This document shows positions 23,936-36,500 of a stretch of DNA of 64,000 nt, piece by piece. Origin of the DNA: Callorhinchus milii (Eukaryota). Made by a program: the position numbers and the translations under genes. The stretch covers positions 29,204,001 to 29,268,000 of the forward strand of contig NW_024704743.1 in the NCBI RefSeq assembly GCF_018977255.1, read 5' to 3'. Position 1 is the stretch's first letter. Each line of letters begins with the position of its first letter. Under the pieces are notes generated by a model that was not told the origin of the DNA, ran no database searches, and saw only the letters and a list, made by a program, of their open reading frames with translations.

Positions 23936-26900
23936 AATAAACAAACAGTACAAAAAACAGTAAAGAAGCCATTAAACACAAAAACATGTAGTGCTGACCT
24001 TAATGCGTGATTGCTATATCTTTCACATAAGATATCCTTCCGATGTGTTAACGCGTATATCAAATGCAAGGATTATTAAGATTATTTTAAATCTTGACAA
24101 TGGAGATAACATCTGCTCGCTCAGAGCAAAACACAGTAATTAAAAAAAAATCCAATATACTTGGGCTTGGTGTACAAGTTCTGTTCATTCTTAATCTCAT
24201 TACTAATATAATTTTTTAAAAGACATCAAAAAAATTATACGAAAAATCTTGCATCAATATTCTTTTACTGTACTTGAATTGCATGAATCAATTCTGAGCC
24301 TCTCTGATGTCTATAGAAGTCCAGGCTTCCCAGCATACATGCCCGCCAATTAAATGAATGAAACAATACTCTTCTCATCATCCAGCTCTGCTGAATCTCT
24401 TTCTTTAAACACTCCGAGATGCTGCCCTGCGTGAAGGGTGCTTTATAAATGCAAGTTGCTGTCATTCTCAGGCAATTACCACCTTGAAAGGCAGTTGCGA
24501 GGTATGAAAGGGTGGTCCTGAATCCAGAGCAAAACTGTTTGGATGACCTTCAAGTGACGGGCCCTGCCAAAGTTCAGCAGCAAGTACTTTGTATTTCTGT
24601 GAACAGAAAAGAGTGACATTTTAAGAACACAAAGTTACAGATTGCATCCTAGTATTTCTCATCGGTTTTTGAAACTCCTTTACTGACTTTCCTGACTAAC
24701 TCACACTGACTGGATTTAATTTGCCGCTGCAAATATTGTATATGAAAACATCACAATTGTTAAAGTGTTATTCATTTGCAAATGCGCAGTTTCAGTGAAG
24801 TTACCCATATGTGTTTATATCACATATGATATATTGATTTTAAAATACAATGTAAAATGTTACTTTACCTATTAAGTTCCTGCTTCATGAAAAGGCTTAT
24901 TTTTCTCACTTCCGTCTCCAGTAATTTTCTTCTTCCTGCACGTCAGATTTCTTTAAACCCATTTCAGATGTAGGTTTGATGTCTTCAGCATGCTGACCAT
25001 GTTGATGTGTTCACGCTCCCGGGCGCAAACTACTAATGTTTCTGCAACGTTCAGTCAAATGTGGGACTCTTTTATCCTATGGCTCCAGCTATCCTCAGTA
25101 CATTCTTGTGAAGGGCGATTCTGGATATGTGCCAATTTCAGCAGGAAATTACTTTTTCCTCATAAGTCTGCACTCAGGTCCATTTCCTATATATCCATTC
25201 AGAAGAATATACCCATTGCAATGTGCAAGAAATATCATCAGTATTAATATATGATGCTTCCGCATATGCAAGAATAGTATGTGCACTCATTCTTTTGTAT
25301 CAACACAAAATGAACTAGCTTCAGACTGGTGGCATTCTTCAGGCCCTGCCAAATGTGACTTATAACACGAGAAGCATCCAGTGTTTTACTATTCAGAACA
25401 TGTAGTGTGACCAGTCAATTAGATCTGCATCCTCCTGACAAAAAATGTTTCCGTCAGTATTTTTAATCTAAAACATTCAACGCTGAACTAAATCTACAGC
25501 AAAGTGTGCACAGTGGTATTAACATCACCCAAAATGTGTTTAATGCCAGACTGTTATTACCACATAGAGATATAAAAGGACATGTCAGCTACTAACGGTC
25601 CAAATATTAGATTCTCTATGTCTTGTACTGAATTTTGAATCATTACATTTAAGAAAGGAGTTCTGATATTACAGAAGGGAGTTCTGAACATTGATTAGAA
25701 TTTACCTATTTCCACAATGAATATTCCTGAAGAAATGACATATGCATTTTAAAGAGTGGAACTGACCAACATGTAATAACTGAACTGAACAAGCCTTATC
25801 CACATAAAGAATCCCTCACTTTCAACAGAACCGATGGGTTCTCTTCTCTAAACTAAGTAATAGGTACAAGAAAATATGCTGGTTATGTTTAAAATTTGAT
25901 GTGGATTCTGCTTCCTACTTATTCATGGGAAGGACCCCCTGTCCCATCCACTCCCACATATAAACAACAACAACAATTTGGATTTATATAGTGCCTCAAA
26001 ATGTGAAAATAAAAATGTTAATGTGACAATCAGTAAAATTAAAATGCATTCATAAAATATCACAAAGAGGATTGATGGAAAAATGGTAGCTTCAAGGAAC
26101 ACTTTAAATGTTTAATACTCTTACATGCTTTGACCATGAAAAAAAACATTTCCAGGTTTCATTATCTCCCAATGAAAACTCTGGACCATCTGCTGCAATT
26201 ACAGTGCAATAAGGAAGGATATTTGCACAGGAAATTTTTATGCTGTAAAGAAAGATCATTTACCTATTAGCAGTCGTAATTTTCTTAGTGATAGTTTTAT
26301 GCTCCACATTGGGTAAGAAATACATGAGCAGCCATGTGAAATGTCCATTATTTTAAGAGTTTTCTGGACAGGAATTACATGATCTTCACTATCAAACAAA
26401 CCTGTTGATGAGTCAGCTTCAGTTCCTTTGACTAGAGGGAACATCTTAGCATAAGGTTCAATGATAAGACCCTCCAGATGCATTCCCTTATGACCTATGA
26501 GAAGGGGAGGAAACCCTTCCTGTTACATCGTACGACATGAGTATTAATAAAATACAATGAATAGAAAATGGACCAATCAAGTCTTTTAGAGGATGTTACA
26601 AATTCCAGCCACAAAACCTCAGCAAATTGTAATCCATCAGCTGAAATCAGAGTGAAATCCGAAACTCTGACTGTCCAGTGCCTTGGGATGTCCTCCCGAC
26701 GTGAAAGGCACTATACAAATGTAATTTTGTTGTTGCATTGCACCTTTGAAATTACCCGGGTCATTTAAAAGAACACTGTGTTTGGGCTATAAATATGAAT
26801 ACCTGTTGGTATGCTCCAGGTCAATGATGTGCCATGATACTACCACCTGAGGACGGAGGAAGTCACAAGCAATGTGATGACATTCGTTTCACTCCTTGTA

Positions 26901-27015
26901 ATTTTGTCCATTACTTTTTTGTAAAGTTTTAAATTTATGTTTATACACTATAGGCAGCAGATCATAAACAGTCGGAATTGTATTATCAACAACTTGTATT
27001 TATATAATTAGTTTT

Positions 27016-27442
27016 GGTCAGCCAGGTGTCTGACACACATGGAAACCCATGGAAACCCTTCCAAACAAGGCAGGGTCCCATATTTGTATGCCACCTTCAT
27101 ATGGACATTTTCCTGTGTCTGCAATGAAATGTTAACTCTCTCCCTGGAGGGATGTACCCCGCTTACTTAATTCCTACGAATATTAGGTGCAAGTTAACAA
27201 GAGCCAAAGCTTAGAGACCCCAGAGGTACTACTAGAGTTTCACCAGCTAACACTGCTGGAAAAGGAGCAGGAAGTTTGCCATTGCAAGCACTGTCTGGCA
27301 AGCTTCCTGCTGCTTGCCCTGCTAATACCACTCTACCCATTAGGACTTTAGCTTACAAGGAGAAAAGGAAACAAATAAGTAGAATCCCTTTTCTCAGAAG
27401 CTGGTGTTCCTCTTCAAATCTTACCAATGAGCCAGGCTGGCA
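27016..27442 (+). repeat. Unassigned ancient interspersed repeat, copy 1
   Basis: It shares blocks with 46290-46550 (+) and 55690-55965 (-), for example gaatattaggtgcaagtt..caagagc, tgtctggcaagc and atgagccaggctggc. Confidence 0.7.
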
Positions 27443-27519
27443 CCTTACCTTGTTTAAAAGAGCCTGACAAATGTTGTGGTGGACACTGAACAAGAAAATA
27501 ACTGATTCAATGATGCACA

Positions 27520-27870
27520 GTCAAAGAGATATGACTTTAGAAGGTCTTTGGGAAGTCCCAGCACCAATACAAATATTGTCATTAAAGCGAAGTAAAGTGG
27601 TTTGAGTCCCAGAGGCAATGGTGATGTGAAGAGAATGGGAAGCAACCAATAGACCTGGAAGAGCAGAGTGCACGGGTTGGAGAAGATAGCATAGGTATGG
27701 TGGGGTGATCCATGGATGGATTTGAAGATTACGATATAGACCAGATCCTCTGAGGTACTGGTATCAATCGAGTTTAGTGAGCAAGGGGGAGGGGCCAGGA
27801 GGGCTAGAAGAGCTTTGGAAAAATCAGTCTTCAGGGTGATGGATAAAGATTTTAGCAGCAGCTGCATGAA
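27520..27870 (-). mobile_element. L2 LINE 3' fragment, old
   Basis: The reverse strand reads IVIFKSIHG and LLKSYLFDCA, typical of the L2 ORF2 end. Confidence 0.6.
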
Positions 27871-27959
27871 GTATTAGTGTCACAATGATTTGCATTTGAA
27901 CAGTGCCCTTCACTGTCTCAGTGATCATCACTGTCTTAGGGCGCTAAAAGAGCGTATGA

Positions 27960-28600
27960 GTAGGAAATGGTCGTGGCAATGAATGCAGGAGATCCCAAAA
28001 CATTGTTTGAGCTCATAGTCAGTTCCGTGATGGTCCTGTTTCAAATGCTGCAGCTGATCGAAGGTATTGTGCTTTCACATACAAGACCTTCCATTGGCTA
28101 TCAGTAGGCATGTACAGAATGACCGACTGGAAACCTTTGTGGTTGTTGTGAATGGCTGAATTATTGGATTGATTGTGGGCACACCTGTCTCAATGGGAGG
28201 TAACTCTATGATAACCAAGACCTTTGGTGGCAGGTAACAATGGCAAATCATTGCTGTTGTCTCTGTGACAGTTGCTTCAGAACTCAGTTGAAATGGACAA
28301 ACCTAGAAAATCCACAGGAAAATCACTAGCAGGTGACTGGAATAAGTCAGTTCCACAAAGCATTCAGGGCAGATGTGACCTTAAGGGCCAAAGACAGAAC
28401 AGTTCCAGCCACACAGACCACCCTGAACTCATCTACTACCACTTGATACAATTCAGTAACAGGCTCTCTGGAGACCACAACCTCTTTAAGATATTTCTCT
28501 GTTTGACTGAGGTGTGGGTTTCCAGTCTTGTAGACCTTCGCCCTTGCATAATGTCTTCTCCTTAGAGTCTTGCCCCATACTCTTCTGTTCCTCATCTGAA
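27960..28600 (-). pseudogene. Fossil PIF/Harbinger (HARBI1-like DDE) transposase
   Basis: The reverse strand gives LRRRHYARAKVY..VSREPVTELYQVV..TVLSLALKVTSALN, then FQSPASD, then HNNHKGFQSVILYMPTDSQWKVLYVKAQY (28150-28052) and LKQCF. These are collinear with the Harbinger motifs ALPVAVKVTAALNF, GSFQ, NRKGFHSLNVQLVCD..VDARYPGS and LKQRF. Stops and frameshifts are present. Confidence 0.75.
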
Positions 28601-29189
28601 ACAGTGATCAAACCTGCAAAGTTCATGTTGCTTTCCTATTGCCATGCTTGGCAATGAGTTTGTCTCGACAGCACATAAAGGAAACGTGCAAATCTTCAAA
28701 TGATCAAAAACTACATTAATTCCTACTTTGACTTTCACTAAGTGAACTTCAGTGGCATTTTTGCAACAGCTCTTATATGTCCATAGTTGACACTTGAAGC
28801 CTGTGTTATCTGATAACCTCCACCCACGATGGTGCATGATTCAGTGCACACAGCACAGCACTACTTTCTTGTTTAACCATCAGATACATTGACAACATCC
28901 AGAATTATAATCACATAATAGCCTTTTGAAATTCAACTATGCACTCCTAAAAACTGGGCTATCACCAGTGCTGTTCATGACAGCCCCATGATAACTTCTG
29001 ACCAATCTCATTGAAGAGGACTGTGATGAAGATATGAAAATCTATATAAGAACTCACGGGAGGTTAGATGTGCTATCTATAATTTGCTTCCACCCTAAGG
29101 CTGCAACCTGAACTCTGATGCAATGCTGAACTTTGATAACAGCATCAGAAATGTCTAAAGAGGCCCAGCTAGAATCCACTTTTGGCATG

Positions 29190-29595
29190 TTAGATGCTGC
29201 CCATCATTGCTTGGATCCATTGGCTTCTCATCCTCAACCAGAGCAAATTCAGGATTTTTGTCCTTAGTTTCAAATTTCTCCTTCGTTTTTCTCAGCCAAC
29301 CTTTGCAACCTCCTGCAACCGTATTGCCTCGGCTGCTCGCTCTGTTAAAGTAACCCAGTCTGCTTTGTGCTCTCTTCCCCCCACCCCACCGCCCATTGCG
29401 GGCAAGTTCTCTGCCTTGCCTCTTTCTTCCCCTTCTTCAAAACCAGCCTTAAGTCCGATCTCTTCAACCGCACTTTCAGCCACCTTTACCTCCTCTCCTC
29501 CCTCAGCTTCCCCTTCCCCCCAGCTCAAGCTTTGTGAAGTGCTTTGAGATGGCCTCCTGAGTTGAAAGAATCTACATAAATGGATAGTTATTGCT
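29190..29595 (+). mobile_element. L2 LINE 3' fragment, old
   Basis: It reads PIIAWIHWLLILNQSKFRIFVLSFK and is followed by an L2 tail. Confidence 0.7.
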
Positions 29596-29799
29596 AAGGG
29601 ATAGTGTTTTCTTCACTATTTACTAGTGCATTATTAACTAGATCTTCTATCAGCAGGTAGCAGTCTTTAGGGTGTTTGGCTTTTGAAATTCAAAAGACTT
29701 TAGAAGATGGGCCTTGGGTTCTTCTCCTTGTGTCTGCCATCTTCTCACTCTATACTTTTATGTTCTGAGTTAACGTTGGCCAATGTGGTTTAATAAAAG

Positions 29800-30210
29800 A
29801 ATAATAATCTTTGCAATTGATAAAATGCCTTATGTCAAAACATTTCAAAATGTTTATTTAGTGTAGTGACTGTGTATTTTGTAGGTGAGTGTGGGAGCCA
29901 ATTTTCACACAACAAGGTCCAACAAACAAACATAATGTGAATGATTAAATTAACTGGAGGCTGGTTGGTCAAGACATTGGGAGAAACTCCCAATTTCCCT
30001 TTTTTTCAACAGTGTCACAAGATTTTTTAACTGCCACATGAACATGCAGATAAGACCTGTTACTTGTCATATGAAAGATAGCACTTGCAACAATGCAATT
30101 GCGCCCCAAAATTACATGGATTGTCACTCCAGACAACTAGCTCAAAAGGTCCACAACAAAGGATTGGAATCCACAGGGCATGAGTATTACTAACTCTGTC
30201 AAGCTGCTAC
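29800..30210 (-). mobile_element. DeuSINE-like SINE, decayed
   Basis: It is collinear with 1205-1618 (tail, Deu-like domain, head). Confidence 0.6.
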
Positions 30211-30384
30211 CTAGTTTGTATAATGGTTTGTATAATGTCCATAACCTCTCTCCTTCTTTGTTTTTACTCAAAGAATGCAAATTCAAGAACAGAACAAAGC
30301 TCAGGTGAAACGTCTCCAAAATAGAGATACACTTTGTACAGGGTTCAAAAATAAAGGAAGTTGTAATCAGCCTTTTTGTAATAC

Positions 30385-30526
30385 CTCACCTGCCCCATTG
30401 ACAGGCCGGCTATCAGCGTCTCTACCTCCACCCTCTGGAACTTTATCCCATAGTACCTCCACCTCGCGCCCTCCCTTACCTCCTTCAAGACCCGTCTCAA
30501 GACCCTCCTCTTTGACCGTGCTTTCT
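30385..30526 (+). mobile_element. Older L2 3' fragment, left part (continues at 31827-31972)
   Basis: ccctctggaac...ccttcaagacccgtctcaagaccctcctctttgaccgtgctttc is the end of L2 ORF2. Confidence 0.75.
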
Positions 30527-31826
30527 GAACATCTTTGAACAGGGCTCCCTCTGTCTCCTTGTCCTCCTCGACTCTCTACCGCCTACGACACTGTTGACCA
30601 CTCCATCCTCATATACCGCCTCTTCGCTTTACTCAATCTTCGCAGACCTACCCTTGCCTGGTTTGATTCCTATCTCTCTCACCGCCTCCACTTCGTTGCC
30701 TCCAACCGTTTCTCCTCCAGCCCCCACACTGTCACATCTGGCGTCCCCCAGGGCTCTGTCCTTGGGCCTCTCCTCTCTAATATCTTCATGCTCCCCCTTG
30801 GTGACATCATCCGCAGATATGGGGTCAACTTCCATATGTATGCGGATGACACCCGACTCTATCTTTCTGCTTCCACCCTCAACTCCAGGACCACTGCTGT
30901 CCTGACAGACTGCCTGTCAGACATCAAGTCCTGGATGAGGGCAACTTTCCTACAGTTGAATGTGAACAAGTCTGAGTCCCTCCTGATTGGCTCGTGCCAG
31001 CGCCTCAGCACCTCAGGCTCTGGCAACATCAACCTCCATGGTTGCACAGTACAACTCACCAAGCCAGTCAGGAACCTTGGTGTCTTGTTCGACCCTCAAC
31101 TGTCTTTTCTTCCCCACATCCAAGCCATGACCCGCTCTGCCTTCCCTCACCTCCGTAACATCACCCGACTCCGCCACTACCTCACCCCTCAGGCCGCTGA
31201 AACTCTTGTTCATGCCTTCATTACCTCTAGGCTCGACTATGCAAACGCCCTGCTTGTCGGCCTTCCCAACTCCTCCCTCCACAGGCTGCAGATAATCCAG
31301 AACTCTGCAGCCCATGTCCTCTCCCATACCAAACTCCATGACCCCATGTCCCCCATTCTCACTCGACTCCATTGGCTCCCTATTCTTCAGAGGATCCAGT
31401 TCAAGATCCTGGTCCCCAACTACAAAGCCCTCCATGGCCTCGCCCCACCCTACCTCTGTGACCTCCTAACCCCCTACCAAACCGCCCGTTCCCTCCGCTC
31501 AGCCGGCTCTGGCCTGCTCCGCGTCCCCCGACCCACCCGCCCCACCATTGGCGGGAGAGCCTTCAGCCACTCTGCCCCCAACCTCTGGAATTCCATGCCC
31601 CAATCACTCCGCCTCTCCCCCTCCTTAGCTTCCTTCAAGTCCTGCTTCAAGATCCTCCTCTTCGACCATGCCATCAGCCATCCCCCTTCCCCTCCTCTCC
31701 CCTCCTCTCCCTTCTCTCCCCCTGACCTCAGCTCGGGTCTGAAATGCTGTACACTGTCCAGGGCCTTGGGACTTCCTCCCGACGTGAAAGGCGCTAAACA
31801 AATGTAATCTTGTTGTTGTTGTTGTT
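30527..31826 (+). mobile_element. 5'-truncated L2 LINE; C-terminal RT region open for 339 codons (30788-31807)
   Basis: The ORF contains [35 protein letters not shown] and LHWLPILQRIQFK. A 3' stem-loop and (TTG)n tail follow. No endonuclease or 5' region is present. Confidence 0.95.
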
Positions 31827-31972
31827 TTGGTCACTCTCCCTACCCTCCCCGTACTCCACCCCTTCTGATCCCAACCACCAGCTTGGGTGTGGATCCCTGA
31901 CTATCCAGTAGCTTGGGACATCCTCCTGACGCGAAAGGTGCTATACAAATATAATTTGTTATTGTTGTTGTT
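31827..31972 (+). mobile_element. Older L2 3'UTR and tail, right part
   Basis: A pyrimidine-rich UTR is followed by cttgggacatcctcctgacgcgaaaggtgctatacaaat..ttgttgtt. Confidence 0.75.
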
Positions 31973-32671
31973 ACAGCCTTTTTATAATGCTTAATTCTCT
32001 CACGTGATAAAGGATAAGGCTGAATGATGTTGACAGCAGAAGAAACATAAGAAAATCATTTTATGTAAGGTCACATAAGCTCCAGCTAATCGTCTAAAAA
32101 GACAGGTATCTCTAGGATTTTCCTTGTAAGCAGCCCTTATTCGTGGTATGTGTTAAATGTAGTTGTATATTCCTGTATTCAATAAATAATTAACATTCCA
32201 GTAAGACACCCCAAAATGAGGCAAAATTATGCAAAGTCCACAGCATCTCATCTAAATGATAGTTGATAGTTGAGAAAGTATTGATCTCTGCCACTGGAGA
32301 CCATTAATACATTCAAAAGGTAAAGAATCATATCCTTCATTTAAATAATATGTTAAGATGTATCTAGAGGAAGAACATCATTCAAAAACTAACATTTTTC
32401 TCCATACCGTGGTGGTGAATTTCCTCTTGTTGCCAAGTGTAACAATGGGAATATCCTATTATAAGCACTTGTTATTAATGCAGAGGCCTTAGTGCAGAGG
32501 CATTTATTTAATACAAAATGAAGTATGAAAATGTGTATCATGAGAGTTAAAGCCTCGATATTAAACTCATGGAATCCTGCATATCACAAAGATGGGGTAT
32601 TACATCATTTCACATATAGGTTACTCTGCTCCATTCACCAATTCATTTAATATGAATGAAGAGTTTTAATA

Positions 32672-32922
32672 TTAATAATAATTTTGCATTTAACAAAGTG
32701 CCTTATCACATCATTGAGAAGTCTCAAATCGCTTCACAGTAAAATTAATTGATTGTATATTTTGTGAGCGAAACGTGGCAGCCAATTGCACCCAGCAGTG
32801 ACCCACAAGAAATCGTGGATTGTGTGACCAAATTATTAGTATTTTTTTTAAGTAAGGAAACTTGCCTAAGGTTTTGCCCTACTCGGGAATCAAACCCAGG
32901 TCCTCTTGCTTGCGAAGTGAGT
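32672..32922 (-). mobile_element. tRNA-derived SINE, internally deleted
   Basis: It is collinear with 33275-33586 (tail, aaggaaacttgcctaaggttttgccct, B-box region). Confidence 0.8.
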
Positions 32923-32947
32923 TTTCATATCCCCCCTCCCACCTTTT

Positions 32948-33196
32948 AGGGGGAGGAGGGAAAATCCACATGGGACTAGATTCATTCTATTTTTCGTAGC
33001 ATTTCAGAATGTGTAAAGTGTGGCAAATTCTTAAATACAGCCTTAATTTTGAAGTTGGTTGTCTGTAATTTATTTTAAGAACCACAGGGAACTGGCTTTA
33101 GAGTTAAGAATAAATACAACAATTTGCCAACTTCTGTATGTCAGAAATGCTGAGAAAATAGAGTAAATCTAGACACAATTTTTTTCTCATCCCCCT
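32948..33196. repeat. Fold-back (palindromic) element, about 250 bp
   Basis: ctagattcattctattttt..agcatttc..tggcaaatt pairs with aatttgcca..gaaatgct..aaaatagagtaaatctag. The ends are aggggg / ccccct. Confidence 0.75.
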
Positions 33197-33274
33197 CCAT
33201 GTGTGTGAATACCTCAAAATGAAATTTTGCGTTTTTTTTATAAAAATGATTTCAGAGATGTATCATTCTTGTTT

Positions 33275-33586
33275 AACAATAATAATAATCCTTGCATTTG
33301 ATATAGCGCTTTTCAGTCGGGAGAATGTCCCAAAGTGCTTCACAGAACATACTGTAAAGTGAATTGACTATATTTGTGGGCGAACGCGGCAGCCAATTGT
33401 GCACAGCAATGTCCCACAAACAGTTGTATATTGAAAATGACCAATTTATTATTGTTTTTGGTTTTGGAGGGATTATTATTAGGCGTGTGGAGTAAGGAAA
33501 CTTGCCCAAGGTTTCGCCCTGCCTGGAATTGAACTCAGGTCTCTCACTTGCCAAGCGAGTGCTCTAACCACTGAGCTACAGGACTC
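33275..33586 (-). mobile_element. Full-length tRNA-derived SINE with 5-bp TSD (tgttt)
   Basis: The reverse strand has A box tagctcagtgg, B box gagttcaattcc, the family body and a (TTA)n tail. tgttt occurs at 33270-33274 and 33587-33591. Confidence 0.9.
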
Positions 33587-36500
33587 TGTTTGGGTTAAAA
33601 GGGGTCAAAAGGATGTTGAGTCCAGGACAGGATTCAGCATGAATTGTTGTTGGTGTCAAGACAACACAGTCTGACCTGACTGCGATCTCTTCTTTCCTTC
33701 TCTCCTCTCCCCACACTCCAGTTTGGTATTATTTCAAGCAAAATTACCAATCTATGGGAAATCTGAATGCAGATAATGCAAATCCAGTAATGGTGAATGG
33801 GGAAAAAAAAACCTTAATGATAAACACCTTGCTCTATGTAAATTGCTTTGTTCTATGAAGGGCATATTCCTTATATAGTGCTACATGCTTATTAAAAGAA
33901 AGAAAATAAGCTTATAGGAAGGAGGCTCACCTGCTGCTGCAGGAAACAACCTTAGAAATTCATCACTATTTTGGAAAATATAAATACATTGTGATAGCTG
34001 ACAATCCAGGTCAGTGACACCTACTACTGATTTATTAGAGTTCAAAAGGAGGGGATCTGTCAGCATCTGGGTTTCAGTTGTAAAATATTGCCTGAGATGC
34101 ACTAAAATGTTATGCAGTTTTCCTGTTATATGTGTACGTGTGTCAAGTAAAAGTAGGGGGATGATTTTCTGCATATTTTTATGTTAATTGTCAATTTTAT
34201 GTACTGGTGGTGGTGGGGGCAGGTAGCTTTAACAATATTAAAGAAAGGGCTAGTCACTAACAGAACAGAGATTCACCTGGATACTAACTCTCAATGGATG
34301 GGATTGATTTAGGAACTGGAATCCAAAATAACTTTTAAGATTCTTCCAAGTCATTATTAGTTTTAAGGGATTTCAAAACCTCCCTACACCCTTTCAATTA
34401 TCTTTAAATATTTTGAATATTCCAAACCCAAATCTTTGGAGGGGATAGAAAGATTCTGTTCCCCCCAGTATGCTGGCAGTTATCGCTCCATTCAGCTTTT
34501 AGGCCCGCCAACAATAATAATAATAATCCTTGCACTTGATATAGCACCTTATCACGATATTGAGACGTCTCAAATCGCTTCACGGAATATACTGTAAAGT
34601 GAATTGATAATAGGACTGTTAGCAGTTGTGTTTCTTCCCTATTTACCCGCATATGAAAACATGGTTTTACAACCTGCTTTGTCCAAGTTATCATTATCCC
34701 TGTATTAAATTATAAACAGAAATGTCCCTCTGATAGTTATGGTAGTGAGCAGCTGGTGGCATGGTGTGAATTTGTAGTGATGGGTGGGATGGAGGGGGAG
34801 GGGTGGGGAAGTTTGAAGGATCTTGTTTCTCTGCAGTACACAAACTTATATTTATTTTTTCGTTCTCTCACTTTCTTTTGTTACTGCATTGTTTTAAATC
34901 CTTTTATTTCACTATTTATTTAATGTGCCTCAAGGAGAGTGGAGGCCTCAGCTCATCTGGAGATTTAACAACTATGACCACTTTCTAAATGAACACATGG
35001 GACTACCAGAAGAAGACACATCTGCAAGACACAATGTGATTTATCATCTCTTCCTCCCATTTTTTTTCCTTAGTAGGACCACCTATCATCCCTACTCAAT
35101 GAACGGGCAGTTTGGCCCGTGGGTATCTTTATGACATGGTCAAATATACTTCCTTTATTGAGTTGTTGAGTTAGCTCGAGTAATGGTGAAAAGGGCTTTG
35201 GACAGGTTTCCCTCCTCTCTCATAGACAAACTGCGTGAAGCTAGTATAAGTTGTACCTTTCATGCGAATGTCAATTGAGTCAGGGATCTCCCCTAGTTGA
35301 AAGCCTATTGCTCCACTCTTGAGGCAAATTTAAATTAACATATTTAACAAGGACATATTAAACTATATGCTTAGGCGGATTATAAAATCAATGAAGCAAT
35401 TAATAGTTGGTTTAATACTCCAGTCTAACCTTGTAACTTCTGAACTAACCTAATATACATTTGAAGAAAAGCTTAGGAGATGTATTTGCTGTAGAAATCG
35501 CTAATTCATTATCAAGTCTACAATTTAGAATGCAAACGCATCAAGTTTGTGGCATTTCATTACCCATATCTTGGGCTAAATAACACAAGAACTGCACTCA
35601 AAAATGCAGTGAAGAGAACTCTTGGTGAAGAAATCTGCAATTCTATTTTTCCAGTCAATAAATATATTTAGGAAGCTTAGATCACAAATTACACATATGA
35701 TTTTTTTTCACTGGCAAATTGAAAGTAATCCGAGGATGATTCAATTTCATAATGATCTCAGTTCCAGAAAAGCCTTCCAGACATCTCAGCTAATTTAAAA
35801 GGAATATAAACAACTCGGCCCAAACTACAAAGTCTAATCCATGGATTAGGATCCCCTTACGCGCCAAGAATAGATTGGTTTCAACATGTAGTTGTAGGAT
35901 TCTGAAAGAAAGTTTCAATCACTCCCCCCACATCAACCCCAAAATAGATGATAGTAAAGGATATTTTGAAGGTTATTTTGCCTAATCATGTTCAGACTTA
36001 AATCACACGTTAAGCAAGCCCATCAGAATCACAGCATGACAAAAATGCTTAATGATATACCAGCAAAAATAGAGGAACAAAAGCAAAATCATACGGTCTT
36101 TAATTGTCAGCAGGGGAAATAAAGCAAGAATGCGGTTTTTCAATGACATGTACATGCTGGCTTAAGTGCTGCAAGATGCCACCCCGAGTGAAAGGGGCTA
36201 AATAAATGCAAGTTGTTGTGATTGTTGTTGTTGATGATGGAATTGCTTCAAGTATGTTGGGAGTATTTTAGGTTTTAAGGTGTATGCTAATAAGTACAAA
36301 CAAAATGTGGCTTGTCACCTTCAACAATATTCTACATAGCATCCTTCATTCTACCTGAAAATTAAAAATCCCTTCTACACCCCCCACGATGATTTTTAAA
36401 ATGTGTTTTCTGCCTTTACATCTGCTGTACCAGGCACTTGACACAGGATGGAAAGGGCAGGTGCTGACTTGTTCTCAGACCTTTGAGGAAGTCACCAAAG

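Noticed and set aside
30788..31807. 339-aa ORF as a host gene
   Set aside because: It is the C-terminal part of L2 ORF2 in a 5'-truncated copy, with no endonuclease or promoter.
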